Assembly: GCF_004010195.1 (NCBI RefSeq)
Contig: NC_057711.1
Span: 73,717,399-73,781,398 of the forward strand
Length of the DNA stretch: 64,000 nt
Reading direction: 5' to 3'
Source: Chiloscyllium plagiosum
Lineage: Eukaryota
Shown: piece after piece, positions 14,351-28,669 of the stretch
How positions within the stretch are numbered: position 1 is the stretch's first letter
How the letters are laid out: each line of letters opens with the position of its first letter
Program-made: the position numbers and the translations under genes
The notes under the pieces: generated by a model
Database searches by the model: none
What the model saw: only the letters and a program-made list of their open reading frames with translations
What the model was told of the DNA's origin: nothing

Positions 14351-16444
14351 CCTGATAGGAGTACTATCATTAAATTATTAACCCAGAGATGCAGGTAATG
14401 TTCTGGGGTCCTGAATCCTGCCATGTCAGATAGTGAATGTCAATTCAATAAAAATTTGGAATTTTATTTTAATTCATTCATGGGATATGGGCTGGTTGGC
14501 TAGCATTTATTGCCTCTCCCTAGTTGCCCTTGAGAAGACTGTAGTGAGCTGCCTTCTTGAACTGCTGCAGTCCATGTGCTGTGGCAAGGAACTTCATGAT
14601 TTTCACCCAGTGATAGTGAAGGAACAGTGATGTATTTCCAAATCAGGATGGTGAGTGGCTTGGGGGGAAAATGGTGGTGTTCCCATTGTTTTGAGTAGAA
14701 AGAAGAATAGTATTCAGAGACTATTGATGACCATGAAACCATTGTCAATTGTTGGAAAAAAACCATTTAGTTCATGAACGTCCTTTAGGAATGGAAACTG
14801 CTGACCTTACCTGGTCTGGCCTAAATGCAACTCCAGACAAACAGCAATATGGTTGACTCATAATGACCCATTAGGTAATTAGGAATGGGTAATAAATACT
14901 GACCTGTGATGCCCACATCCTATGAATGAAAAAAATGATGATAGAGATGTACAAGATTTAACAAGTTTGTAAGAATCATTGCTGAACAATACAGGAACTT
15001 AAGTTTGAAATATGGCCACTGAGATATGATTGTCACCCAGTGCTTTGAAGCAGATGCTGTGACTCAAACTTTGACATATCTTTGAGATGTTGGAACAGGG
15101 CATCCTTAATTTATATAGTGTATTTTCATACTGACATTTGCACATAACCACAGTGAGGTTGACAAACCCTGGCTCCCACCATGCCACTGTACCTCCTTCA
15201 TTGATTTTGTTCTGCTCATTCTCCCAGTGTGGAGGCTGTGCAGCAGCTACTAGAGCTGGCTGTTCTTGCTGGGCTTGCTGAAGCTCCTGTCTCTGCGGTC
15301 TCATTCTCAATAGAAGCAAAGCCATAAGAAATGCAGTAATAGTATCAGATATCTCCATGGGCAGATAATTGCAGGAAAGTCAGAGAGATTATACAGTTTC
15401 TTAAAGGTACATCTCAGCCATCACCCCCTCAATAATCAAGCTGAATTCTATGGCCTCCACACAGTGTGGCAGGGAGGAGGCTTCTCATGAAGGTTGTGCC
15501 TTAATAGGTAGCCTTGAGTTACACGATCTTAACAAACATATGGTGGACCAACAAAATATCTGTGCTCCACTGGGAGTCAGCTTTTCCCAGAAGTCCCCCA
15601 GTCCCCAAGAAACTCAACCCCATTCCCCTCAACCTCCCTTCCAAATCACCTTGCTGAATTACTTTTCTGTGTGAAGATATTGCAGCTGCTATGCACTGTC
15701 TTCCAGTTCTTACTCTAGGTTGCTGTTGTCAAGTGGGTCGATCAGATTCAGTTTTTAAGTTTCTTGTTACAATCAGACTTCTTGAATTTAAATGATAAGG
15801 AGGTGTCAGTGCGCACAATGTAATGTTCATAATTGCTTCAGCAATTTGTTATCTTCATTCATTGACAATTACTGACTTCCAGATGAAGGGAAAATTTGAA
15901 GGCAGTTGGGTAGCATTATTTAATCAATGAAGACTTGTTTACAACTATTATCCTTTGCAAGGTCTCAATATAACATCAAATCTCTCCTTCCACTTTGATG
16001 TAGTTCCAGCTATTTCATGAACTTAATGCATAGTATGGCAAAGTTCTAACTTGTGCCCATGTGAGTGAATTTTATGCTACCATTAACTCATGACTGTCCC
16101 TCATTATTCATGTTGTCTTTGTATTACCTTCCTGTGGTCCTATAATCTTTCAGCTTCTCCTCATTTTGATTGAGCCCCTTTACAGTATTATTCATTTCCC
16201 CATGTTACCCCTCGGGCCTGTGGCTTGTATATTCCTCTGGCTTTGCTGACCCTGTGATGAAAAGACCAGAATATACACAAGCCGGTTGTAACGCCACCTC
16301 AAGTGCTCCTGATCCCCTCTGATTCACTATCAAATCTCATCCTAATATGTATCTCCTATCAGTGTCATAATTCCCTCAGCGTCCAGTACAATGAAGTCAG
16401 TCTGAAGACTTGATCTACCTACATTTCCCGAGGATGCCACAAAA

Positions 16445-16710
16445 TCATAGAAAGACTACAGTGTGGAAGCTGGCTGTTTGGTTCATTGAGTCCACACTGA
16501 CTTTCTGAACAGCATCCCAACCAGATCCATCCAACAAACCTATCCCTGTAATCCTGCATTTCCCGTGGCTAACCCACCTAGCCCTACACTGTGGGAAGAA
16601 ACCCATGCAGACATGGGGAGAATGTACAAACTCGATGCACACAGTTGCCCGAAGGAGGAATCAAACCCAGGTCCCTGGCAGTGCTAACCATTGAGCCATG
16701 GCGCTGCCGT
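16445..16710 (-). mobile_element. HE1/V-SINE-type SINE (diverged)
   Basis: Homologous to the copies at 7507 and 34221. Confidence 0.75.
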
Positions 16711-17782
16711 GGACTGGCCCATGATAATCCCTCTGACTTTTTATGACCAAACCTCTGTGACTGACTATGGGTCACACCCCAGGTTAATCTTTCAACAGCA
16801 CCCTGATTGACCCATTTATAATACATCTGAACTGGACCTTGAGAACTGTCTGCGGCCCAGTCATCAGCCTTCAAGCGCACATGTCCCTGGGCTAGAATAG
16901 GATTAAGTGCCTGATTGATTGTGACCAATCCTCTGGATTGGAATCAAACCATATAGTGCAATCTCAGTTCTTAAATGTTTATAGTAATCCTGAAAGCTGG
17001 TGTACAGCGCTGACTTTTGCTGTCACAACAAAAGTGAGGCAGTCCCTCAATTGACTGAAGTCCACCCTCACTCACCTAAACATTCCTCCCCTTTGACTTT
17101 GACACATTACTTTTTTCTTCTAGTACACGCAGAGTGTTTGCTGTGCAAAGTGCAGGCCCAAGCTGCGCTTTGATATTGATGTAACACCATGCTATACAGT
17201 GATGTAGCCACCCTCCCTCTGACTGATACATTTACTGTTCAGTGCTCCATATTGTCACAAATGACCAGCCTCTATTTTTGTTCTGAACCACAGATGGTGC
17301 CTGCCTTTAACGTAGCTTAAAAAATTGTTTCCATGTGAGGGAACATATTGCAGGGAATAGTGAGAGTGGTGGATGTGACCGTTGGTGGGAGATGAGTACA
17401 GTTGCAGAAGTGGAATGAATGTAAGGTATTGGAAAGAAGAAGGTGGCACCTGTACTATTGAAGTGTAAAAAGACTGACATTCTTCTTACCTTGCTGGGTA
17501 TTTCTCCAGTTTGCTGAGACTGCACTAACCCAGGTGGCAACCATGGACCAGGTTGGCATGGTCTATATTGTGTTGCGGGTTCTGGGGGAAGAGAAAGTCC
17601 TGTACTGGTATCACTCCATCCATCAGGATATTGAGGATTCTTTCCATAAAACAATAAGCCGAATTCCCCTAGTCTGTCATGTGTGAGACAAATGGCTGCA
17701 GAGCTATCTGGACTGTCAGTGCTTGTGGGTTTGTACAAGGGTCAGAGTAGGCAGAAGGGATGCAGTGAATTCTGTGATATTG

Positions 17783-20660
17783 AGCATAGAACATAGAACA
17801 TTACAGTGCAATACAGGCCCTTTGGCTCTCGATGTTGCGCTGACCTGTGGAACCAATCTGAAGCCATTTTCATTCATATGTTTATCCAATGACCATTTCA
17901 ATACCCTTAAAGTTGGCAACTCTACTACTGTTACAGGCAGTGTGTTCCAGACACCTACTACTCTCTGAGTAAAAAAACTACCTCTAACATCTGTCCTAGA
18001 TCTATCACCCCTCAATTTAAAGCTATGTCCCCTCCTGCTAGCCATCACCATCTGAGGAAAAAGGCTGTCACTGTCCACCCAATCTAACCCTCTGGTTATC
18101 TTATATGTCTCAATTAAGCCACCTCTCAACCTTCTTCTCTCTAACAAAAACAGCCTCAAGTCCCTCAGCCTTTCTTTGTAAGACCTTCCCTCCATACTAG
18201 ACAACATCCTAGTAAATCTCCTCTGAACCCTATCCAAAGCTTCCATATTCTTCCTATAATACCATTTACAAGTTCGCTGATGATACCACCATAGTTGTTC
18301 GAATCTCATATGGTGAAGAAACAGACTACAGATGGGAGGTGGAAGACCTCGAAAAATGGTGCACTGCAAAAAATCTAACTCTCAATGCCAGCAAAACTAA
18401 GGAACTCATTATTGACTTTCAGCGGGATGTTACTCATGCCCCCCCCCCACACATTAACAGCACAGAGGTGGAATGTATGGAGAATGTTAAACTCTTGGGA
18501 GTGGTCATCCACAACAAGCTTTCTTGGACTCTTCATGTGGATGCACTGGTTACAAAGGTCCAACAACATTCTTCTTCCTCAGGCAGCTGAGGAAATTTGG
18601 CATGACAGCGAATACCCTTGCCAACTTCTATAGGTGCGCCATCGAGAGCATTCTGTCTGGATGTATCACTACCTGGTATGGCAACTGTACCATTCAAGAT
18701 CGGAGCTGGTTACAGAGAGTGGTGAACTCAGCCTGGACAATCACAAAGGCCAACCTCCCATCTATAGAATCCATCTACCAGGCCCGCTGCCAAGGAAAGG
18801 CCACCAGCATTCTCAAAGATCCATCCCATCCTGGCAATGTTTTTCTACAACCTCTACCATCAGGGAGAAGGTACAGAAACCTGAACACACACACACACAC
18901 CAGCTGGTTTCGAAACAGTTTCTACCCTACTGTTGTTAGAATACTGAATGGACTCACAAACTCTTAACGTTTGCCTGTACCTGTTTTTGTTTTTGCCACT
19001 GTTTATCTGTTATTCACTTATCTACGCTATTTAACTATGTGATCTGCCTGTACTGCTTGCACAACAAAGCTTTTCACTGGAATCGGTACATGCGACAATA
19101 AATTCAATTCAATTCAATTCAGTTCAGTTCAATAGTGCTGTGACCAGAACTGTACGCAATACTCCAAGTGCAGCTGCATTAGAGATTTGTACAGCAGCAG
19201 CATGACTTCATGGCTCCGAAACACAATCCCTCTACCAATAAAAATTAATGCACTGTATGCCTTCTCAACAACCCTAGCAACCTGGGTGACAACTTTCAGG
19301 GATCTATGTACCTGGACACTGAGATCTCTCTACTCATCGACACGACCAAGAATCTTACATTCACCCAATACTCCTTATTCCTGTTGATCCTTCTAAAGTG
19401 AATCACCTCACACTTTTCCACATTAAACTCTATTTGCCACCTCTCAGCCCAGCTCTGCAGTTTATCTATGTCCCTCTGTAAACTGCAACATCCTTTGGCA
19501 CTATCCACAACTCCACCGACCTTAGTGTCATCCTCAAATTTATTAACCCATCTTTCTACACCCTCATCTAGGTCATTTATAAAAATGACAAACAGCAGTG
19601 GCCCCAAAACAGACCCTTGTGGTACTCCACTAATAACTGAACTTCAGGATGAACATTTCCCATCAACCACCACCCTCTGTCTTCTTTCAGCTTGCCAATT
19701 TCTGATCCAAACTGTTAAATCACCCTCAATCCCTTGCCTCCGTATTTTGTGCAACAGCAACCTTGGAGAACCTTATCAAGTGCCTTACTGAAATCCATAT
19801 ACATCACATCAACCACTTTACCCTCATTCACCTGCTTGGTCACCATCTCAAAGAACTCAATAAGGTTTGTGAGACATGATCTATTCTTCACAAAACTGTG
19901 TTGACTATCCCTAATGAATTTATTCCTTTCTAGATGATTATAAATCTTATCTTTTATAACCTTTTCCAGCACTTTACCCACAACTGAAGTAAGGCTGACT
20001 GATCTATAATTACCAGGGTTGTTTCTACTCCCCTTCTTGAACAAGGGGACAACATTTGCTATCCTCCAGTCTTCTGGCACTATTCCTGTAGATAATGATG
20101 ACATAGAGATCAAAGCCAAAGCCTCTGCAATCTCCTCCCTGGCTTCCCAGAGAATCCTAGGATAAATCCCATCTGGCCCAGGGGACTTATCTATTTTCAC
20201 AGTTTCCAGAATTGCTAACAATCCCCTCTGGTACCCTGATACTCAGTATTCTCCTCAACAACATTGTCTTTTTCTAGTGTGAATAATGATGAAAAATATT
20301 CATTTCATGCTTCCCTATCTCCTCGGACTCCACACACAACTTTTCACTATGATGCTTGATTGGCCCTAAGCTTTCTCTAGACATTCTTTTATTCCTGATG
20401 TACGTATAGAAAGCTTTCGGTTTTTCCTTAATCTTATCTGCCAATGAATTTTCATGTTGCCTCCTGGTTCTTCTTAGCTCCCTCTTTCGGTCTTTCCTGG
20501 CTACTTTTAACTCTGAAAAGCCCTAACTGAGCCTTCACATCTCATCCTAACATGAGCCTTCTTCATCCTCTTGACAAGAGATTCAACTTCTTTCGTAAAC
20601 CTCGGCTCCCTTACTCAACCATTTCCTCCCTGCTTGACAGGTAAGCACTTATCAAGGACA
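17783..20660 (-). mobile_element. CR1 LINE split by a nested insertion at about 18261-19134
   Basis: ORFs 19715-20221, 19296-19607 and 17716-18369 are consecutive CR1 ORF2 segments. Confidence 0.93.
18261..19134 (+). mobile_element. 5'-truncated Rex1/Babar-like LINE
   Basis: IYKFADDTTIV...LNASKTKELIIDF...FLRQLRKF...YRCAIESILSGCITTWYG...LPSGRRYR...FRNSFYP. 3' UTR ends with AATAAA plus (TTCAA)n. Confidence 0.85.
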
Positions 20661-22289
20661 TGCTCCACATATCTGCTGTGGTGAGTTGTTCCAGGAGCAG
20701 TGCATGGCAGGATGGTATGGAATTTGGACATGAGGCATGCTGTAGGGGTGTGGCAGACAATTAATGTGGCACATTTGATAAGATACAGTGAGATAACTTG
20801 CGGTGAGAAACCCACAAAAATCTCAATGCAACTTAGACTTAGCCAAAACAAACCATAATATTCAGCCCATGGTTCTATTAGATCAGCTTTTAATTGCAGT
20901 TTTTTAAATATTGAATTTGAATTTCACTACCTTCCATGGTAGGTTTCGAAAACATATTCTCAGAACATTAAATTGCGACTCTGCATTACAATTCCAATGG
21001 CATTATCACTGAAAAGGTCAGAATCACAACATCCAGAAATTTCTCAATTTTCCCCTCAAATATTCTACCTTACTTCCATCCATTTGTATCTCATTATTAG
21101 CTCAACTGCTCTCCTTTCTATGCTACTAATGATTCTCCTCTCCTTTCCTGAGAAACTAGGTGGCACAAATTCCCAATTTGTGATTCAAAACTTGCACTGG
21201 CAGCTGCAGTTCACTAATCACTTGTTCTTGCCTACATCCAACTCTGCCTTCATCATCATGTATCTGCTTGCTTGATGGACACTGACCTTTTCAACCCTTT
21301 GTCTACGCAAGGTGATAGTTGAAAACCACTAGCTTCACTATAACACCATACTTGCTCTTGACCCCGCTCAATGGCCACTTCAGCCCCTCAGGACTTTACT
21401 TTGGAGCACATGGACCCCTGTAACTTGCACGTTTCTTCCAGGTCACACAGAGGCACACATATATCTCGTTCATCTATATTTGATATATCTTATGGCAGTT
21501 AACATCACACCATCTTGTTCACTCATTTTATGCTTACTTGCAGACTGACATTCTCTGAATATTGCATTGCATTTTAGAGCAGAGGAGAAGCAGGCAGTTT
21601 GTCACAGTGAGGACTACTGAACAATATACGGGTAAACATGACATTGTACTGCACCATGCTATATCAACATCACATCTGCAACTTGCACACCAATGCAATG
21701 CATGTGCTTCCACCTAATGACTATGTTGGAATGTCAATGGGCAGCAGTCCTTAGCGGAGTCAAAAGGGGCTATGGTCAGTCATAAGGTACAGTCACAGTC
21801 AGTCAGGGCTTGTCTAATTTCAGTATAAGTCATCGAGTCGTAGAGAAGTACAGCATGGAACCAGACCTTTCAATCCCTTGTCCATCAGTCAGACCCTTGG
21901 TTTTACCAGAGTCGAGAGTTCCAAGTTCTTGCAGGCCAGGGATTGGGCCCTGGAGCACAGTGCTGTGAAAAGCCCCATCTTTGGGATGGGCCGTGCTTTT
22001 TTCTGAAATGGGACAAAGAAAGGGATTGAATATCACCAAATGGATGGAAGAGTAGTTATACAGGAACTGGAATAGTGGTGAGGTGTCTCCATTGAATGAG
22101 TAGGCAAAGGGCAAGAGAGTTCAGTGTCTTGAGAGGATAAGTGCGTGAGAGCTATTCAGTGGATTTGATGCATGTAATAATAAGAGTTATAGTTCAGGAG
22201 CTTTCGAATGTAGCAGCAGCATTCCAGTGGGTACTGGCCCTGTGTGTGTGAGTTACCAGAGAGTAGATAGTGATATTTACAGAGCACAG

Positions 22290-22500
22290 GAAATCATCAA
22301 CCTTCCTCCTACCATCCTCAACATTCCCTTTAATGCAGGGGCACATCACTGACCTGGGCCATTATCTGAGTCCAGTCTAGCTAGGTCTGGTGCTATGACC
22401 TCCTTTGGTAGTAAGCAGGAAAAAGGACTGCTTTCCTCTTCACCACCACCTCCAGGTCCCTGTCTGTGAAGTGGGGAGTGAACTTCGCTTTCTGGGCCAT
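22290..22500 (-). mobile_element. Decayed Harbinger Myb/SANT-like fragment
   Basis: Reverse-strand translation MAQKAKFTPHFTDRDLEVVVKRKAVLFPA...W...AQVS, with stop codons. Confidence 0.5.
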
Positions 22501-23064
22501 AACCTCAATGATAATGATTGAGCACCACAACATGGAGGACAATTACTGACTTGCAACATCTAAAGTGGTGAGCTGACGGACTTTAACCATGACACCAGTA
22601 GTTGAATACTGGAAGATCCCGGCAGTGGCAAGCATTACTTCCTCTCCTGCCATGCAATTGCAAAAGAATATGTCCATGAGCTTGGTTACATAATCAACGA
22701 AGTGAAGAGTGAGCACTTGTGAGAGAAAAGTCGCTGTGAGCCATAATTGACCATAATTGGCAAAACGCTTTGACTCAAAATGGGAAAATTTGGCCCACAG
22801 CATTTCAATAAGGTAGAAAGTGTATACAAAGCAAAGAATCAAATAAGTTTGCTATGCTAGCATGTAAGGAATGTTGATAAGCTAATGGAGTTGACTGATT
22901 TATCAGTAATTATAATGTAAGTGAATAAGGGGAAAAGAAACAGCAGGGTGTCACATGTTCCATGAATGTACTGTTGAATCATCACACTGCAGGATTATTA
23001 AAAATCAGCACAATTTCACTTCACTTGTTTGAAGCATCTGAAGACATTGACAGCTGTGAGGGGA

Positions 23065-23390
23065 AGCGATGATATAGTGGTAATGTCACTGGAGTATTAA
23101 TCCAGGCCAATGCTTTGAGAACATGGGTTTGAATTTAAAAAATGGGATATAAACTAGCCTAATGGAAACTACGTGACCACTAGTGGTAGTTTTAAAAACT
23201 CATCTAGTGCATTCATGTCCTGTAGTGAAGGAAAACTGCCACACTCCCTTTATCTGGCATATGTGTGACTCCAGACCTACAACAATGTGATTGACTCTGA
23301 ACTGCCCACTGAGCAATTAGGGATGGGAAATGAAAACTGGCCTTGACAGTACTGCCCACATCCAATGAACAAATATTAAGAAAAAAACAC
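23065..23390 (+). mobile_element. tRNA-derived SINE of a second family (related copies about 14360-14930 and 30640-30955)
   Basis: Head ATAGTGGTAATGTCACT...CATGGGTTTGAAT; shared core GTGACTCCAGACC.ACAACAATG; LINE-like 3' tail ending in A-rich sequence. Confidence 0.6.
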
Positions 23391-23462
23391 TAAGGATAGT
23401 ATTAACATTGTTTGTACTTGCATGTATATTGTTTTAACACTACTGAATAATTTTTTTTTCAG

Positions 23463-23702
23463 GATGGGGACTTTCTATTCTCCTGGCTTAATTGGCATCA
23501 ATATTCTACGGCTGTTGACATCCATGTACTTTCAGTGCTGGGCTGTTATGTGTTGCAATGTCCCTCAGTCAAGAGTTTTCAAGGCATCAGGATCTAATAA
23601 TTTTTATATGTCATTGTTACTGTTGATATTGTTCCTAAGCTTATTGCCAGTTATCTACACCATAATGACATTTACCCCATCGTTCGATTGTGGGCCATTC
23701 AG
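23463..23702 (+). CDS. TMC2: TMC2-like exon D (TM8-TM9)
   Basis: Poly-T plus cag acceptor and gtaatc donor; 240 bp, phase 2/2. Encodes [48 protein letters not shown]...PSFDCGPF(S). Confidence 0.96.
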
Positions 23703-23997
23703 GTAATCAGTTTAAAAGATAGTATTATGTGTATAGAATGCATTTCTTTTTTGTTTTATGTCTAAAATGTTATCTCCTACATGACCAAACCATGTATTAA
23801 GCTTCTATATTTTTTCCCTTATTTTTGTATTTCTTTATTCACAATGATATCAACCAAGAATAATACAATAAGGACGATGTGCTTTCTATCAAGAAACCAT
23901 TGTTTAATATGGGATCTAATTATGTTATTCCTCAAATGATGTCACAGTTTTCATTCTGCTCATGTTATTGTGTATGAGCATACAATCATCTCTATTA

Positions 23998-26530
23998 TGT
24001 CATAGAGTCAGAGAGTCAGAGAGATCTACAGCATGGAAAAATACCCTTCAGTTCAACTCATCTATACCAACCAGATATTATAACCTAATCTAGTCCCATT
24101 TGCCAGCACTTGGCCCATATCCCTCCAAACCCTTCCTATTCATATACCCATCCAGATGCCTTTTAAATGTTGTAAATGTACCAGCCTCCACCACTTCCTC
24201 TGGCAGCTCATTCCATACATGCACCACCCTCTGCATGAAAAAGTTGTCCCTTAGGTCTCTTTTAAATCTTTCCCTTCTCACCCTAAGCCTATACCCTCTC
24301 ATCTGAACTCCCCCATCCCAGGGAAAAGGCCTTGTCTATCTATCCTATCTGTATCCCTCATGATTTTATAAACCTCTATGCGTCACCCCTCAGCCTCCGA
24401 TGCTCCAGGGAGCCCCAGCCTATTCAATCTCTCCCTAAAAGTCAAATCCTCCCACCCTGGCAACATTCTTGTAAATCTTTCTGAACCCTTTCAAGTTTCA
24501 CAACATCCTACTGATAGGAAGGAGACCAGAATTGCACACAATATTCCAAAAGTGCCCTAAACAATGTCCTGTACAGCTGCAACATGACCTCCCAACACCT
24601 ATGCTCAATGTTCTGACTAGTAAAGGAAAGCATATCAAATGCCTTCTTCACTATCCTACCTACCTGCAACTCTACTTTCAAGCAGCTATGAACCTGCACT
24701 CCAAGGTCTCTTTGTTCAGCAGCACTCCCCAGGACCTTACCATTAAGTGTATAAGTCCTGCTAAGATTTGCTTTCCCAAAATGCAGCACCTCACATTTAT
24801 TGAAATTAAACTCCATCTGCTGCTCCTCAGCCCATTGGCCCATCTGATCAAGATCCCATTGTACTCTGAGGTAACTTTCTTCGCTGTCCGTTACACCTCC
24901 AATTTTGGTGTCATCTGCAAACTTACTATGTTCACATAGCTCCTATGTTCACATCCAAATCATTTATGTAAGTGACAAACAGTAGTGTACCCAGCACACC
25001 ACTGGTCACAGGCCTCTAGTCTGAAAAGCAACCCTCCACCACCACCTTTTGTCTTCTACCTTCGAGGCAGTTCAGCATCGAAATGGCTAGTTCTTTCTGT
25101 ATTCCATGAGATCTAACCTTACTAATCAGTCTGGAATGGGGTACCTTGTCGAACGCCTTACTGAAGTCAATATAGATCACATTCTACCACTCTGTCCTCG
25201 TCAATCTTCTTTGTTACTTCTTCAAAAAACTCAATAAAGTTCATGAGACATGATTTCTCATGCACAAAGCCATGCTGACTAACCCTAATTAGACCTTGCT
25301 GTTCCAAATCCATGTAAATCCTGTCCCTCAGGATTCTCTCCAACAACACTGACGTCAGTCTCACTGGTCTATAGTTCCCTGGCTCGTTCTTACCACCTTT
25401 CTTAAATAGTGGCACCATGTTAGCCAACCTCCAGTCTTCTGGCACCTCATCTGTGACTATCGATGATACAAATATCTCAGCAACGGGCCTAGCAATCACT
25501 TCACTAGCTTCCCATAGAGTTCTAGGATACACCTGATCAGGTTCGAGGGATTTATCCACTTTTATACATTTCAAGACATCAAACACCTCCTCCTCTGTAA
25601 TACGGACATTTTTCAAGATGTCACCATCTATTTCCTCACTTTTTATATCTTCCATGTCCTTCTTCAGAGTAAGCACTGATGCAAAATACTTGTTTATTAT
25701 CTCCCCCATCTCCTGTGGCTCCACACATAGACTGCCTTGCTGATATTTGAGGGGTCCTATTCTATCCTTGGTCATCCTCTTGTCCTTAATGCATTTATAA
25801 ACTCCCTTTGGATTCTCCTTAATCCTATTTGCAAAAAGTATCTCATATCCCCTTTTTGTCCTCCTGATTTCCCTCTTAAGTATACTCCTACTGCCTTTAT
25901 ACTCTTCTAAGGATTCACTCGATCTATACCTGACATATGCTTCCTTCTTTTTCTTAACCAAAACCTCAATTTCTCTACTTGTCCAGCATTCCCTACAACT
26001 ACCGGTCGTTCCTTTCACACTAACAGGTATATTCTGTCTTTGAACTCTTGTTATCTCATTTTTGAAGGCGTTACATTTTCCAGTAGCCCCTTTAGCTATG
26101 AACATTCCCCCCTTCTCCCCCCCCCCCAAAAAAAATCAGCTTTTGAAAGTCCTTCCCTAATACAGTAAAAATTGGCCTTCTTCCAATTTAGAACTTCAAC
26201 TTTTAGATCTGGTCTATCTTTTACCATCACTATTTAAAAATAATGAAATTATGGTCGCTGGCCCCAAAGTGCTCCCCCACTGACACCTCAGTCACCTGCC
26301 CTGCCTTATTTCCCAAAAGTAGATCAAGTAGGTCAAGTATTGCACTTTCTCTAGTAGGTACATCCACATACTAATTCAGAAAAGTTTCTTGTATATACTT
26401 AACAAATTCTTCTCCATCTAAACCCTTAACACTATGGCAGTCACAGACTATATTTGGAAAGTTAAAATCCCCTACCATAACCATTCTACTATTCTTACAG
26501 ATGGCTGAAATCTCCTGACAAATTTGTTTC
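23998..26530 (-). mobile_element. CR1 LINE (about 2.5 kb, part of endonuclease plus RT, disrupted)
   Basis: ORFs 25167-26129, 24508-24843 and 24090-24302; AGAGTC-type tail at about 24000. Confidence 0.95.
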
Positions 26531-26539
26531 TCAAGAAGG

Positions 26540-28620
26540 AATTAATTTGATAAATTGCATCTGTGCTGATTTTAACTCTTTGAATTGAATTTACTTCCGT
26601 TTCTCAGTTCTTCCTCATCACATTCCATATATTTCATTTTCAAATACTGATCCAATTTCTCCATAAATTATTGTAGTCCCTGCCTCTCTGTTGTACAGCA
26701 TGTCATAATCTACAAGTTTATGGTGTGAATTTCTTACTCTAATCGTCTTTGAGTAACCAATAATGAGCAGGCTCAGAACTGGGTGTTTGACATGATATTT
26801 TAAGGACAAAAATATAAGCTATATCTGATATAACTGTGATATTCAATCTCATTTCGCACCTTTTCTTTTCAACTAAGTAGATCTTCCAATATGTTGTCAA
26901 CCACATGTTGGAAAAAACATTGTGTTGTAACAATAGAGATGTGAGAGCATTTGACAAAATGTGTGGTTTGTGCAAGACTTTTAATATATTACAATTGAGT
27001 TTACCACAATGTCTCACATTGTATATGAGAGCTCAGGAGGTCTGATATCAGCCCATTGAAAGTTAGCCTACAGTTGCTCATCCTCAAGCTCCATTAAAAT
27101 AAAATTCCATTAGCTGCATGAGCAGAAAATATGTAAGTTTAGTAATTCCGGTTGAGCTCACAGAATTCAAAGATCCGGTAGAGTAACAATTTCACCTTTG
27201 ACTTAACCAAACTGTAGTAATGTGGTAAACTAAGTGTATTTTAACACACTTCCTGTAAGCAATTCTAACTTAATATCCACATTTAAATTGGGAACTTGTC
27301 AAACTCCAATTATCTTTTGTATTGTCATCATTGGTGTGAGATATAGTTACAGCATTAATGAATGGAATAAAAGTGAGGCAGGTTCTCGAACAGGGGTTTG
27401 ATCTAGTCTGCCAGATGACTAGTCATATGATGAAGTCAAGTCTTTCTCCCTCTGAATTTAGTCCTTGTGCACAATGCCTTGGGAGATCAATGAATGTACA
27501 TCAGGTTTTGATTTAGTGGTTCGTGACCTGAGTACAGAAAGTACAGTTAATGATTGCAATAGCTGATGAAAAAATGTAACTGAGGATCTTTGCCAAAACT
27601 GATAAAGTTTGGAATGTTCCTCAGATTAGTCTGCTTATAACTCATAACTCACAGTTTTCCCATAAAGAAATGGTTTCTCAGATTCACATCAAATACAATT
27701 TCCCTAATGGCCTGATGAGATTATTGCTATTGTCGTGGCATTAGCAATCCGAATAGAGATGTACAAAACCTACACATGGCAAACTTATTAGGGCAGAGCC
27801 ACGAGGTATCATAAACTAGAGTTTAATCGCTCGAACAATTCTGCTGGCTAATGGCTATCCATTTGTCAGCAATGTGGAAGTCTCTTAGTACATTATTATT
27901 TCGTGAACTATTCATTTGAAATATTAAAAATCTGCAAAATGGTATGGCGTAATTTTAATGAATACTTTTAAGTAGAGATTCAAGATGTTGCAATATATTT
28001 ATGTACAATATCCAAAGCTTATTGATATGTAACTGCTTATCTCCTTGGACCAAAAATACTCAAACTCAAGCATAGTTCCATTACAAGAGTGAAAAAATGA
28101 TTTTTAATTGACATTGGAAGGTCGTACATTTTGTCTGCGTATTGAATGCTGCAACGGGGGCAATGCTTGCGATGAAGTGTATGTCAGATGAAAGTTTCAG
28201 GACAAAAACAAATGAGCGAAGTGTACGATTGCAGTAGAGCTAATGTTGACTGTAGTTTGATGGATGTAATGTAATTGGTAAGCTATTGTTGTTTGTATTA
28301 CAGAAGTGACCTTCACAGAGCCAAAATAACCAATCATTCCCCTTTAGGGTTACAGTACATTTTCCATTGTTTGTGCAAATCACAGGGCTACAGTTTGGTG
28401 TTGCCCCCCAAAATGGATGGAAATTCCATCGGGCGTCATAAATCAAATCAACGAAGACTGTAGATAAATGACCATCAACAACCATTTCACCAAGCATATA
28501 ACCATCTTCTACAAATGCTTGTGAAGGAGGTTGGGGAACCTTGGTGGAAATTTCAGGTGTGTGCCTTATTGAAATGGCACCGATTACATATATAAAAGGC
28601 ATTTGGTAGAAGGTTCAGCA
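26540..28620 (-). pseudogene. Possible decayed viral envelope/class I fusion glycoprotein gene (endogenous retroviral env-like)
   Basis: ORF 28602-28240 continues past a TAG into CNRTLR|SFVFVLKL...IASIAPVAAFNT. Further Cys-containing fragmented frames follow, ending near hydrophobic HPVLSLLIIGY. Recognised by pattern only. Confidence 0.35.
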
Positions 28621-28669
28621 ATTCATGCTTCTGATAGGATTTACTGGCTGCTAGTCTTTATTTTCTTTG

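Noticed and set aside
14999..15358. Gln-rich 119-aa ORF
   Set aside because: No splice support; probably a decayed Harbinger-related fragment, too weak to call.
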